A stretch of DNA of 64,000 nt from Sphingomonadales bacterium (GTDB taxonomy: Bacteria > Pseudomonadota > Alphaproteobacteria > Sphingomonadales > Sphingomonadaceae), in the NCBI GenBank assembly GCA_038246695.1, contig JBBRVR010000001.1, positions 41,553-105,552 on the forward strand, in the 5' to 3' direction. Position numbers and translations under genes: made by a program. Below the pieces are notes generated by a model. That model had not been told where the DNA came from and searched no databases. It worked only from the letters and a program-made list of their open reading frames with translations. This document shows positions 55,243 through 63,624 of this stretch, in pieces. Numbering within the stretch: the stretch's first letter is position 1; each line of letters opens with the position of its first letter.

Positions 55243-55802
55243 CAGCTCTGGTCCTCAATCGCGATCCGTTCGGACGCAAATTTTTCCTGAATTGCGGGCC
55301 AGTCCTTGGCCAGCACCGCCATGCGCACGACGTCGTGCACATCGTCGCCCTTGCGAATGTGCTGTCGCAGCACGCCCTCGACCTTGCTGCCAAACTTTTC
55401 GTGGATCGACACCACTCGGTCGTTGAAGGCCAGCACTTCGCACCCCAGCCGGTTGAAGCCAAGCTCTTCGAACACATAACGGTAGATGTTGATTTCCAGC
55501 GATTTGGCAAGCCCTTTGCCGCGCGCGCGTTCATCGGCGATGTAGTATGCCCAGCAGGCCCGGCGATGCGTGTGATCGATATCGGTCAGGCTCATCAGGC
55601 CGACCGGGATATCGCCGTCGGTCAGCTCGATGATCCACACCCGGTCGCGCGGTGAGGCGCTGACCTGCGCGAACCACCGGCTCTGGTCCTGCAGGGGAAT
55701 ATCAGGATCGGTGTACATGTAGCGCGTGATTTCGGGTGACATGCGCCAGCCGCGCACCATTTCGAGATCGTGTTCGCGCACATTTCGCAACCGGCATGCC
55801 AT
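55242..55802 (-). CDS. pseH: UDP-4-amino-4,6-dideoxy-N-acetyl-beta-L-altrosamine N-acetyltransferase
   Basis: This 186-aa GNAT starts MACRLRNVREHDLEMVRGWRMSPEITRYMYTD. It lies between pseG and pseI. Confidence 0.8.
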   Translation of the reverse strand: MACRLRNVREHDLEMVRGWRMSPEITRYMYTDPDIPLQDQSRWFAQVSASPRDRVWIIELTDGDIPVGLMSLTDIDHTHRRACWAYYIADERARGKGLAKSLEINIYRYVFEELGFNRLGCEVLAFNDRVVSIHEKFGSKVEGVLRQHIRKGDDVHDVVRMAVLAKDWPAIQEKFASERIAIEDQS

Positions 55803-55808
55803 GGCGCT

Positions 55809-56909
55809 CTAATCCTCTTTCAAGAGCAGTTGTGCAATGCGCATCGCCCCGCGTCCATCGACCAGTTGCTTGGCCGCCTCGCTGAGCGCGCGGCGCCGGG
55901 CGGGCGAGGCGATCAGATCGCGCAGCGCAGCGACCAGCGCCTCGCTCCGGCGCGGCGGATCGCCCATGTGATCGATCCCCACCAGGAAGCCCGCCGCATC
56001 GCCATGGGGAATGCTTTTGGTCTGGTTGTCGGCGCAGACCAGCCCGATGGTCGGCGGGCCGATGCAGCACCGCTCCCAGATCGCGCCGCCGCCCGCGCCC
56101 ACCTGAATATCGTGCCGGGCTAAGAAGTCTGCGAGGCTGGGCAGATCCTGCGACAGCACCCCGCCGGGCCAGTCGGCGATCCTGCGCGCGATGTCAGCGA
56201 GCGCCGGATTGTGCGCGGTGACCACGGCTTCGACCGGGCCGCGCCAGCCAGCAGCCTCGATCGCGTCCAGCACTGCGAGCGTATCCCCGCCCAGATCAAC
56301 GCCGCCCATGAAGACCCCGATCGAACGCACGCTGTCATGGAATTTATAACGCGGTGCATCGGCATAGGATGGGTCGATCAGCGCGTATTGCGGCCCGGCG
56401 AGCAGCCGGGTCAAAGCTGAAATGCGCGCCTCGTATTTCGCGCGATGATCGGGGTGATAATTGTGATCGACCACCCAGCGCCCGCCCAGATCGCGGTCGG
56501 CAAGATCGTCGATGACCATTACCGCCGCCCCCAGGGCATCGCTGACCGCGCCGTGCCAGCGCGCATCGAAGGCATAATGATCGACGATAACGCGCGCAGG
56601 CGCCCAATCGCGCAAGGCGGCGATGGTATCTGCGATGTCCTGCTCCTGCGTCACCCTGCTCCAGCTGGAATGCGGGATCGCGGGATCGCACGAGGTTGGC
56701 AGATTCTGGGCGAGTGCATTTGGCGCGGGCAGCAGCCTTGCCGCAAAGCCGTCGCGCGCAATCATCGCGCCGGTATCGATGCCGAGTGCGCGGGTCACGA
56801 AAACAACCTCGGCGCCCGCCGCCGCCAGCGCCTTGGCGAGCGAGAGCATGCGGCGCACGTGGCCTGTGCCGATTGCCGCCGAAGCGTCCGCACGGATGGC
56901 GACCTTCAT
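55809..56909 (-). CDS. pseG: UDP-2,4-diacetamido-2,4,6-trideoxy-beta-L-altropyranose hydrolase
   Basis: ORF 55809..57125; ATG 56909 gives MKVAIRADASAAIGTGHVRRMLSLAKAL, a typical PseG N-terminus. Confidence 0.8.
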   Translation of the reverse strand: MKVAIRADASAAIGTGHVRRMLSLAKALAAAGAEVVFVTRALGIDTGAMIARDGFAARLLPAPNALAQNLPTSCDPAIPHSSWSRVTQEQDIADTIAALRDWAPARVIVDHYAFDARWHGAVSDALGAAVMVIDDLADRDLGGRWVVDHNYHPDHRAKYEARISALTRLLAGPQYALIDPSYADAPRYKFHDSVRSIGVFMGGVDLGGDTLAVLDAIEAAGWRGPVEAVVTAHNPALADIARRIADWPGGVLSQDLPSLADFLARHDIQVGAGGGAIWERCCIGPPTIGLVCADNQTKSIPHGDAAGFLVGIDHMGDPPRRSEALVAALRDLIASPARRRALSEAAKQLVDGRGAMRIAQLLLKED

Positions 56910-56913
56910 CGCC

Positions 56914-57618
56914 TCATCCCTCGGGAGAGAAGGCTTTGAACAATGCCTCGGCGCGTTCCCAATCGGCAGGCGTATCGATATCGACCACGCGCCATTCGGG
57001 CAGGATGATTGACCGGGCGTTGGCATGGACGTTCGCACCCGAAAGCCAGGTCTCCGCCGCGCCCCAGTAAAACTGGCCCGCATCGAAGAAAGCCGGTTCG
57101 AGATCCTGCGTGCGCGTGCCGACATGGCGCGTGTCGAACGGTTCGAGCGCGCCGTCCGCCTTCCGCTTCAACGCCCGCTGGATCGGAGAGGGGAAGCCTG
57201 TCACCGGGAAAGTGTAGCCTTCGCCGCCATGCGCGATCAGCAGCGCCAGCGCCTCGCTCACATCCTGCGTGCGGATGAACGGCACGCCGGGATAAATACA
57301 GCAGACGTGCTCGAATTCGAACCCGCGTTTGCGACAGGCGGCGATCGCGTGCTGGATCACGGGCACCGTGGGCGTGATATCATCGGCGAGTTCGGGCGGA
57401 CGGGTAAAGGGCACCTCGGCCCCCAAATTTTCGGCAATCGCGGCGATTTCATCGTTGTCCGTCGTCACGACGACACGCCCGATCGCCTCGCAGGCCAGCG
57501 CGGCCTCGATCGCATATCCGATCATCGGCTTGCCTGCGAACGGCTTGATATTCTTACGCGGGATGCGCTTTGACCCGCCGCGTGCGGGAATGATGGCGAT
57601 GGTCTGCGGTTCGCTCAT
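56914..57618 (-). CDS. pseF: Pseudaminic acid cytidylyltransferase
   Basis: The sequence IAIIPARGGSKRIPRKNIKPFAGKPMIGYAIEAA shows the CMP-sugar synthetase fold. Confidence 0.85.
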   Translation of the reverse strand: MSEPQTIAIIPARGGSKRIPRKNIKPFAGKPMIGYAIEAALACEAIGRVVVTTDNDEIAAIAENLGAEVPFTRPPELADDITPTVPVIQHAIAACRKRGFEFEHVCCIYPGVPFIRTQDVSEALALLIAHGGEGYTFPVTGFPSPIQRALKRKADGALEPFDTRHVGTRTQDLEPAFFDAGQFYWGAAETWLSGANVHANARSIILPEWRVVDIDTPADWERAEALFKAFSPEG

Positions 57619-57630
57619 GTCAGAATGCCC

Positions 57631-57672
57631 GTGTCAGCATGTGAGCGTCAGCATGCGAGTGTCAGCATTGTC
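57631..57672. repeat. 14-bp tandem repeat x3 spanning the pseC stop codon and the pseC-pseF spacer
   Basis: The copies are gtgtcagcatgtga (57631) / gcgtcagcatgcga (57645) / gtgtcagcattgtc (57659). On the coding strand the repeated core is ATGCTGAC(A/G)C. Confidence 0.85.
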
Positions 57673-58811
57673 TCGACCACGCGGTCCTGTTGACTGCGCG
57701 TCATCGCCGGGAACAGCGGGATCGAGATCGCGTGATCGTAGTAACTCACCGCGTTGGGAAAATCGCCGCGCGCAAAGCCGATCCGTTCGTAATACGGGTG
57801 CGTGTGGATCGGGATGTAGTGGACATTCACACCGATATTCGCCGCGCGCATCGCCGCAAACAGGTCAGCGCGATTGATTCGGGCAGCCTCGGTCAGCTCC
57901 ACCGCATACAGGTGCCAAGACGATACGCGATCATTGAAGCGCGCCGGGCGGCGGAACGGCCCGTCGGCCAGCAGCGCATCGTAGCGGTCGGCGTGCGCCT
58001 CGCGCGCCTCGCGCCATTCGTCCATCCGTGAAAGCTGCGCGACGCCCAGCGCGGACTGGATATCGGTGAGGCGGTAATTCCACCCCAGATCGGCCATTTC
58101 ATAATACCAGCCGCCATCGGGCGCGCGTTCCATCTGTGCCTCTTCGCGGGTGATCCCGTGCGAGCGCAGCAGGCGCAGCTTGTCCGCGAGCGCATCGTCC
58201 TGCGTCACCACCATGCCGCCTTCGCCCGTGGTCACGATCTTAACCGCGTGAAAACTGAAAACGGTGATATCGGCATGGGCGCTGCCGATCGGCGCGCCGC
58301 GATAGCTGGCGCCGGTCGCATGGCTCGCATCCTCAAGGATCGCAAAGCCATAGCGGTCTGCCAGCACCCGCATTTCCGCCAGATCGCATGGCAATCCCGA
58401 AAAATCGACCGGGATCACGACCTTTGGCAACGCACCCGCCTTGTCCGCCGATGCCAGCTTTGCGGTTAGCGCGTCGAGGCTCATATTGCGGCTGACCGGG
58501 TCGATATCGACGAAATCGATGCCCGCGCCGCAGAATAGCGCGCAATTGGCAGACGAGGCAAAGCTGTTTGGGCTGGTCCAGACCATATCCCCCAGTCCCA
58601 CGCCCAGCGCAAGGACGCCGATGTGGAGGCCCGCGGTCGCATTCGAGACGCCGATCGCGTGTGCGACCTGATGGGCTTTCGCAAAAGCATCCTCGAACGC
58701 CGGCCCCACCGGACCCTGCGTCAGAAAATCGGAACGCAGCAGATCGGTGACGGCGGCAATATCCGCCTCGCCGATTTCCTGCCGTGAATAGGGAATGAAA
58801 TCTTCGGCCAT
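57648..58811 (-). CDS. pseC: UDP-4-amino-4,6-dideoxy-N-acetyl-beta-L-altrosamine transaminase
   Basis: The sequence is MAEDFIPYSRQEIGEADIAAVTDLLRSDFLTQGP...DASHATGA...FSFHAVKIVTTGEGGMV (PLP lysine). Confidence 0.9.
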   Translation of the reverse strand: MAEDFIPYSRQEIGEADIAAVTDLLRSDFLTQGPVGPAFEDAFAKAHQVAHAIGVSNATAGLHIGVLALGVGLGDMVWTSPNSFASSANCALFCGAGIDFVDIDPVSRNMSLDALTAKLASADKAGALPKVVIPVDFSGLPCDLAEMRVLADRYGFAILEDASHATGASYRGAPIGSAHADITVFSFHAVKIVTTGEGGMVVTQDDALADKLRLLRSHGITREEAQMERAPDGGWYYEMADLGWNYRLTDIQSALGVAQLSRMDEWREAREAHADRYDALLADGPFRRPARFNDRVSSWHLYAVELTEAARINRADLFAAMRAANIGVNVHYIPIHTHPYYERIGFARGDFPNAVSYYDHAISIPLFPAMTRSQQDRVVETMLTLAC

Positions 58812-58822
58812 AGGATCAGTCC

Positions 58823-59833
58823 CTAATCGATCACTTTCCCGATCACGTGCTCGTCGATCAGGGTGCGCAATTGCTCAACGCTCAGGAAGTCGGGATTGGT
58901 CCCGCTGGAATAGGCAAAGCCCGGCTCCACCGGCTTTCCGCCATGCTTTTGGCAGTATTCCTCGATCGTGTATTCCCCGCTGACCGGCAAAATCGCGAAA
59001 TATTCGCCCATGTCGACGGTGTTGAAACTGTCCGACGCGGTGATCATTTCCTCGTGGATCTTTTCGCCCGGACGGATGCCGATCACCTTCTGCTCAGCCT
59101 CGGGCGCGATGGCGGTGGCAACGTCGCCGATGCGATACGAGGGGATCTTGGGAACCAGCACTTCGCCGCCGCTGGCATGTTCGATCGACCACAGCACCAT
59201 CTCCACCCCGTCCTGCAAAGAGATGTTGAACCGGGTCATGCGCGGATCGGTGATCGGCAGCACACCTTCGGCTTTCCTGTCCATGAAGAACGGGATGACC
59301 GACCCGCGCGATCCCATGACATTGCCGTACCGCACCACGGAAAAGCGCATGTCGCGCGTGCCCTTGATGTTGTTGGCCGCGACGAACAGCTTGTCCGAAC
59401 ACAGCTTGGTCGCGCCATACAGGTTGATCGGGGCGGCGGCCTTGTCAGTCGATAGCGCGACCACGCGGCTGACCTTGCTGTCCAGACATGCCTCGATCAG
59501 GTTCTGCGCGCCCAGCACGTTGGTCTTGATGCATTCGAACGGATTGTATTCGGCCGCTGGCACCTGTTTTAGCGCGGCAGCGTGGACGACGATGTCGATC
59601 CCTTCGAGCGCGCGCCGCAGCCGCGGCTCATCGCGCACATCGCCAAGGAAATAGCGCAAGGCCGGAAATTCCGACTGCGGGAAGATCTGTGCCATCTCAA
59701 ACTGTTTCAGTTCATCACGCGAATAGATGACCAGCCGCCGGATATCTGGATACCGTTCCAGCACGGTCCGCACGAATGCCTTGCCAAAGGAGCCGGTGCC
59801 CCCGGTTACAAGGACAGATTTGTTATTCAACAT
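58823..59833 (-). CDS. pseB: UDP-N-acetylglucosamine 4,6-dehydratase (inverting)
   Basis: The sequence is MLNNKSVLVTGGTGSFGKAFV...VVHAAALKQVPAAEYNPFECIKTNVLGAQN...STDKAAAPINLYGATKLCSDKLF. Confidence 0.9.
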   Translation of the reverse strand: MLNNKSVLVTGGTGSFGKAFVRTVLERYPDIRRLVIYSRDELKQFEMAQIFPQSEFPALRYFLGDVRDEPRLRRALEGIDIVVHAAALKQVPAAEYNPFECIKTNVLGAQNLIEACLDSKVSRVVALSTDKAAAPINLYGATKLCSDKLFVAANNIKGTRDMRFSVVRYGNVMGSRGSVIPFFMDRKAEGVLPITDPRMTRFNISLQDGVEMVLWSIEHASGGEVLVPKIPSYRIGDVATAIAPEAEQKVIGIRPGEKIHEEMITASDSFNTVDMGEYFAILPVSGEYTIEEYCQKHGGKPVEPGFAYSSGTNPDFLSVEQLRTLIDEHVIGKVID

Positions 59834-60328
59834 ACGAAAGTTACTCGCAATAAAGACGCAAAGACCCTATAGACCGGTTTCGCAACAACTAAAAACGCCA
59901 AAAACAAAGTGTTATGTGAAGTTTTCATGGCGCGCATTTTACATTGGTTTCGAATAAAATCAGGGCATAAAGTAAAGCTGGAAGGTCAGTTGGATCGCTG
60001 CCTGGTTCTTGCCGGTTGTCCGATATGATCGGTCCCCTACAGCGCGGCTTTGGCCTCGCGCAACCGCTTTGTGGGTCTTATGCCTCCGCCGTAGTCCCAA
60101 CAAATTTTATCCGATCCGGACGTATCTCCCCGGTTGTCATCGCCCTTACTAACTTGGAAACAGCGGCGGCAATCGTGCGTTCATGACGATACATCGAAAG
60201 CGACGCCAAACCGGACCCAGACCTGTATTGCCTGCAATTTAAGCCTGCGCCTAAGTGCTCTGGTGAAGGGCGGGTGGCACATCGGCCACTCCCCACTTTT
60301 AAGCCACGGGCCGAAAGCCACGAGACGA
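59834..60328. promoter_or_regulatory. 495-bp divergent control region between pseB (-) and the initiating phosphotransferase (+), with an AT-rich core
   Basis: No credible ORF is present. Hand count gives 38% GC for 59881-59940 and 42% for 59941-60000, against a much GC-richer flank. It is the largest non-coding gap in the locus. Confidence 0.5.
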
Positions 60329-61624
60329 ATGCTGATCGAACCGATTGCAAAGCCAGCCCATAACCGCGCATCGCGAGGTCCTTTGATCTCGGTGATTCGC
60401 TACGGCGTGGCGTGGACCGTGGTGGTGTTCGTCCCGCTTTTTACCTTGCTGCTGTCGGGATATGAGGAGCCGTTTGCCGATCCAACCGTGCGGGCAACCG
60501 CGCTGGCGGCGACCAGTGGGCTTTTTGCGGGGCTGTATCTGGCCGGCCGGGTGCTCGATCTGCCGGGCACCCGTGGCACCGTGCACGGCGTGCCGATCAT
60601 GGTGATGGCCTTTGTGATCTCCGCGCTGGTCCTGTTCACCTTCCGGATTGAATACAGCCGCATCATGCTGTTCTATTCGGCGGCGAGCGCAACGCTGATC
60701 GCAACGCAATTGCGCTGGAGCAACCGGACTATGCGGCTCCAGCCGTTCTATCTCGTCCCGTTCGGCAAGGCGTTGACGATGGAGGAGATGGAAGGCTTCC
60801 CGATTCGCCGCCTGAAAAAGCCCGAAATCCCGGCCGATCGCGCCGCCAATATCGTCGCCGATTTCCGCGCCGATCTGCCCGATGAATGGGAGCGTCTGCT
60901 GGCAAAGGCCAGCCTCGCAGGCGTGCCGGTCTATCACTACAAACAGCTCACCGAGAGCATCACCGGACAGGTTAAGATCGAACATCTGTCCGAAAACTCG
61001 TTCGGATCGCTGATGCCCAACCGTTCCTACACTCCGATCAAGCGGCTGATCGACCTCATCGGCAGTGCAATCCTGATCGTGTTGCTGGCACCGGTGATGG
61101 CAATTCTGGCCGTGATGATTTGGGCGGAGGACCGCGAATCGCCGTTCTTCATTCAAAAACGCACCGGGTTCGGCGGGCGCCCGTTTCGCATGTACAAGTT
61201 CCGATCGATGACCAATCGCGAGATAAAGCCTGGTGAATGCGAACGCGAGGACGCAATCACCCAGTCCGAAGATGCGCGCGTCACCCGCATCGGGCGGTCG
61301 ATCCGCAAGTACCGGTTCGATGAATTACCGCAGCTGTTCAACGTCTTGAAAGGCGAGATGAGCCTGATTGGACCGCGTCCAGAGGCGAACGCGCTGGCTG
61401 ACTGGTACGAGGAAAACCTCGCATTTTATTCCTATCGCAACATCGTAAAGCCGGGTCTGACCGGGTGGGCGCAGGTCAATCAGGGCCACGTGGCGACGCT
61501 GGAAGACATTGACGTGAAGCTGCAATACGACTTCTATTACATTAAATACTTCTCGTTCTGGCTCGACGTGCTGATCGTGATGCGCACGATCCACACGGTA
61601 ATGACCGGGTTCGGATCGAAATAA
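60329..61624 (+). CDS. Polyprenyl-phosphate glycosyl-1-phosphate transferase (WbaP/ExoY 'bacterial sugar transferase' family)
   Basis: ORF 60134..61624; ATG 60329 (MLIEPIAKPAH). N-terminal TM segments are followed by KRLIDLIGSAILIVLLAPVMAILAVMIW...PFFIQKRTGFGGRPFRMYKFRSM...FDELPQLFNVLKGEMSLIGPRPE. Confidence 0.85.
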   Translation: MLIEPIAKPAHNRASRGPLISVIRYGVAWTVVVFVPLFTLLLSGYEEPFADPTVRATALAATSGLFAGLYLAGRVLDLPGTRGTVHGVPIMVMAFVISALVLFTFRIEYSRIMLFYSAASATLIATQLRWSNRTMRLQPFYLVPFGKALTMEEMEGFPIRRLKKPEIPADRAANIVADFRADLPDEWERLLAKASLAGVPVYHYKQLTESITGQVKIEHLSENSFGSLMPNRSYTPIKRLIDLIGSAILIVLLAPVMAILAVMIWAEDRESPFFIQKRTGFGGRPFRMYKFRSMTNREIKPGECEREDAITQSEDARVTRIGRSIRKYRFDELPQLFNVLKGEMSLIGPRPEANALADWYEENLAFYSYRNIVKPGLTGWAQVNQGHVATLEDIDVKLQYDFYYIKYFSFWLDVLIVMRTIHTVMTGFGSK

Positions 61625-61643
61625 GGGTTACTTTTCGAGGGTC

Positions 61644-62465
61644 CTACTTATTGAGCGCGATGTCGGGCGCGTCTTCCTGCTTCATGCCGACCACGTGATA
61701 GCCGCCATCGACATGGTGCGTCTCCCCAGTCACGCCCGATGCGAGGTCGGACAGCAGATACAGCGCCGATCCGCCGACATCGTCGATCGTGATGTTGCGC
61801 CGCAAGGGAGCGTTGTATTCGTTCCATTTGAGGATGTAGCGGAAATCGCCGATCCCGCTCGCCGCCAGTGTCTTGACCGGCCCTGCGCTGATTGCGTTCA
61901 CGCGGATGTTGCGCGGGCCAAGATCGTTGGCGAGGTATTTGACGCTGGTCTCCAGCGCCGCCTTGGCGACGCCCATGACGTTGTAATGCGGGATCACCTT
62001 TTCCGCGCCATAATAGGTCAGCGTGACGATGCTGCCGCCGCTGTCGGGCATCATTGCCGCCGCGCGCTGCGTCACCGCGACCAGCGAATAGGCGGAAATG
62101 TTCATCGTCATCAGGAAGTTTTCGAGGCTGGTATCGACGTACTTTCCGCGAAGCTCGTTCTTGTCGGAAAACCCGATCGCGTGGACCACGAAATCGAGCG
62201 TGTTCCAGCGCTCCTTCAGGGTCGCAAACGCCGCGTCGAGCGAGGCCATCTCCGACACATCGCATTCAAACGTGAAGTCGCTGCCCAATTGCGCGGCCAG
62301 CGGCTTCACCCGTTTGGCCAGCGCTTCGCCCTGATAAGAGAACGCCAGCTCAGCGCCATGCGCGGCTAGCTGTTTGGCAATGCCCCACGCCAGCGACTTT
62401 TCATTGGCAAGGCCCATGATAAGGCCGCGTTTGCCCTGCATCAGGCCGGCTTTATGTTCGCTCAT
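61644..62465 (-). CDS. fabI: Enoyl-[acyl-carrier-protein] reductase (NADH)
   Basis: ORF 61644..62708; ATG 62465 gives MSEHKAGLMQGKRGLIMGLANEKSLAWGIAKQL. The motifs YNVMGVAKAALE and AISAGPVKTLAASGI are present. Confidence 0.9.
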   Translation of the reverse strand: MSEHKAGLMQGKRGLIMGLANEKSLAWGIAKQLAAHGAELAFSYQGEALAKRVKPLAAQLGSDFTFECDVSEMASLDAAFATLKERWNTLDFVVHAIGFSDKNELRGKYVDTSLENFLMTMNISAYSLVAVTQRAAAMMPDSGGSIVTLTYYGAEKVIPHYNVMGVAKAALETSVKYLANDLGPRNIRVNAISAGPVKTLAASGIGDFRYILKWNEYNAPLRRNITIDDVGGSALYLLSDLASGVTGETHHVDGGYHVVGMKQEDAPDIALNK

Positions 62466-63553
62466 CCGCTTGTCTCCTCGGTTGTTTGGTCGCCAGCACC
62501 CTGCGGCCTGCCAGGCTCTGCCAGCGCGGCATTCAGCTCTGCCCCGATAACCACGCCGAGTCCAACGAGCCAGAAAAACAGCAACACGACGATGATCCCC
62601 GCAAGGCTGCCATAGGTAAGGTCGTACTGGAAGAAACCGCGCAGGATCGGTGGCATGGCGGTAGTGACGGCCAGCCACCAGACGGCGGTGAACAGCGCGC
62701 CGGGCCATTTGGGAAACTTGCGAGAACGATATTTCAGCGGCGCCAGCGCCCAGAACAGCAGATACAGCGAACCAAACAGGCCGAGCGCGGGCACGATCCG
62801 TGATATGCCAAGCGTGCCGATCAGGTCAGCCAGCCGCGGCACGCGCGCATCAATGAATTGCTGGGCGGCGCCGATGACCACTTGCGCAAACAGCGACAGC
62901 AGCATCAGCAGCACCGCGCCGATGATGATCCCGGCAGAAGCGAGTCGATACCGCCAGAACGGCATCACCGCGCGCGTCCCATAGGCACGCCGCAGCAGAT
63001 CGCGGATCGTCTCGATCAGGCTCGACACCGACCACAGGCCAGCGCCCGCGCCAAGCCACAAAAGCCAGCCGCTGCGCGCGTCGATAACGCTGTTTGCAAC
63101 CGGTGCGATCACCTCGCGCACGGTGGGCGGCATCGCCATCAGCACCGTGGCAATTACCATCTGGCGCTCCTCAAGTTCGCCGACCAGCTGAAACAGCGCC
63201 CCTGCAAGGATGAAGAACGGAAAGATCGACAGCATCGACAGATAGGCAAGGTTGCCTGCGTGGATGAAGCCGTCGTTGAATGTACCTGCCAGCGTGCGCC
63301 GGACCACAACGAATATCCGCGTTCCCGGGCCAAGGATGCGTCGCACAAGCGCACGCCAGCCGTTGGCAGCATCATCGCCCTGCGCGCCGTGTACGCCCTC
63401 AATGGCGCTGTATGTGTGATCGACATGACGTGATTTCTTCGCCCGTCCCCGCGCTTCGGGCGAGAGCGACCGGACTTCCAGTTCTTCGGCAGGCGCGCCG
63501 CTTTCAGTCGGTAGAAATCCGAATCCCGCGCCGCGTTTGCGCCGATCTGTCAT
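62462..63553 (-). CDS. YihY/BrkB (virulence factor BrkB) family membrane protein
   Basis: Supporting sequences are FNDGFIHAGNLAYLSMLSIFPFFIL and WLLWLGAGAGLWSVSSLIETIRDLLRRAYG. There is an ATGA overlap with fabI. Confidence 0.8.
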   Translation of the reverse strand: MTDRRKRGAGFGFLPTESGAPAEELEVRSLSPEARGRAKKSRHVDHTYSAIEGVHGAQGDDAANGWRALVRRILGPGTRIFVVVRRTLAGTFNDGFIHAGNLAYLSMLSIFPFFILAGALFQLVGELEERQMVIATVLMAMPPTVREVIAPVANSVIDARSGWLLWLGAGAGLWSVSSLIETIRDLLRRAYGTRAVMPFWRYRLASAGIIIGAVLLMLLSLFAQVVIGAAQQFIDARVPRLADLIGTLGISRIVPALGLFGSLYLLFWALAPLKYRSRKFPKWPGALFTAVWWLAVTTAMPPILRGFFQYDLTYGSLAGIIVVLLFFWLVGLGVVIGAELNAALAEPGRPQGAGDQTTEETSG

Positions 63554-63562
63554 TAGATCGAC

Positions 63563-63600
63563 TCAGGCATTGGGGCTTCAGGCATTGGGGCCTCAGGCAT
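63563..63600. repeat. 15-bp tandem repeat, about 2.5 copies, immediately upstream of yihY
   Basis: The sequence tcaggcat recurs at 63563, 63578 and 63593. On the minus strand this reads ATGCCTGA(G/A)GCCCCA ATGCCTGAAGCCCCA ATGCCTGAG. Confidence 0.85.
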
Positions 63601-63624
63601 CGGGCATCCGGATCGCCGGTGCCG

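Noticed and set aside
60087-60094. An ops/JUMPstart-like octamer CGCCGTAG upstream of the initiating transferase.
   Set aside because: Only 6 of 8 positions match GGCGGTAG. RfaH-type antitermination is mainly a gammaproteobacterial feature, and a chance match in 500 bp is plausible.
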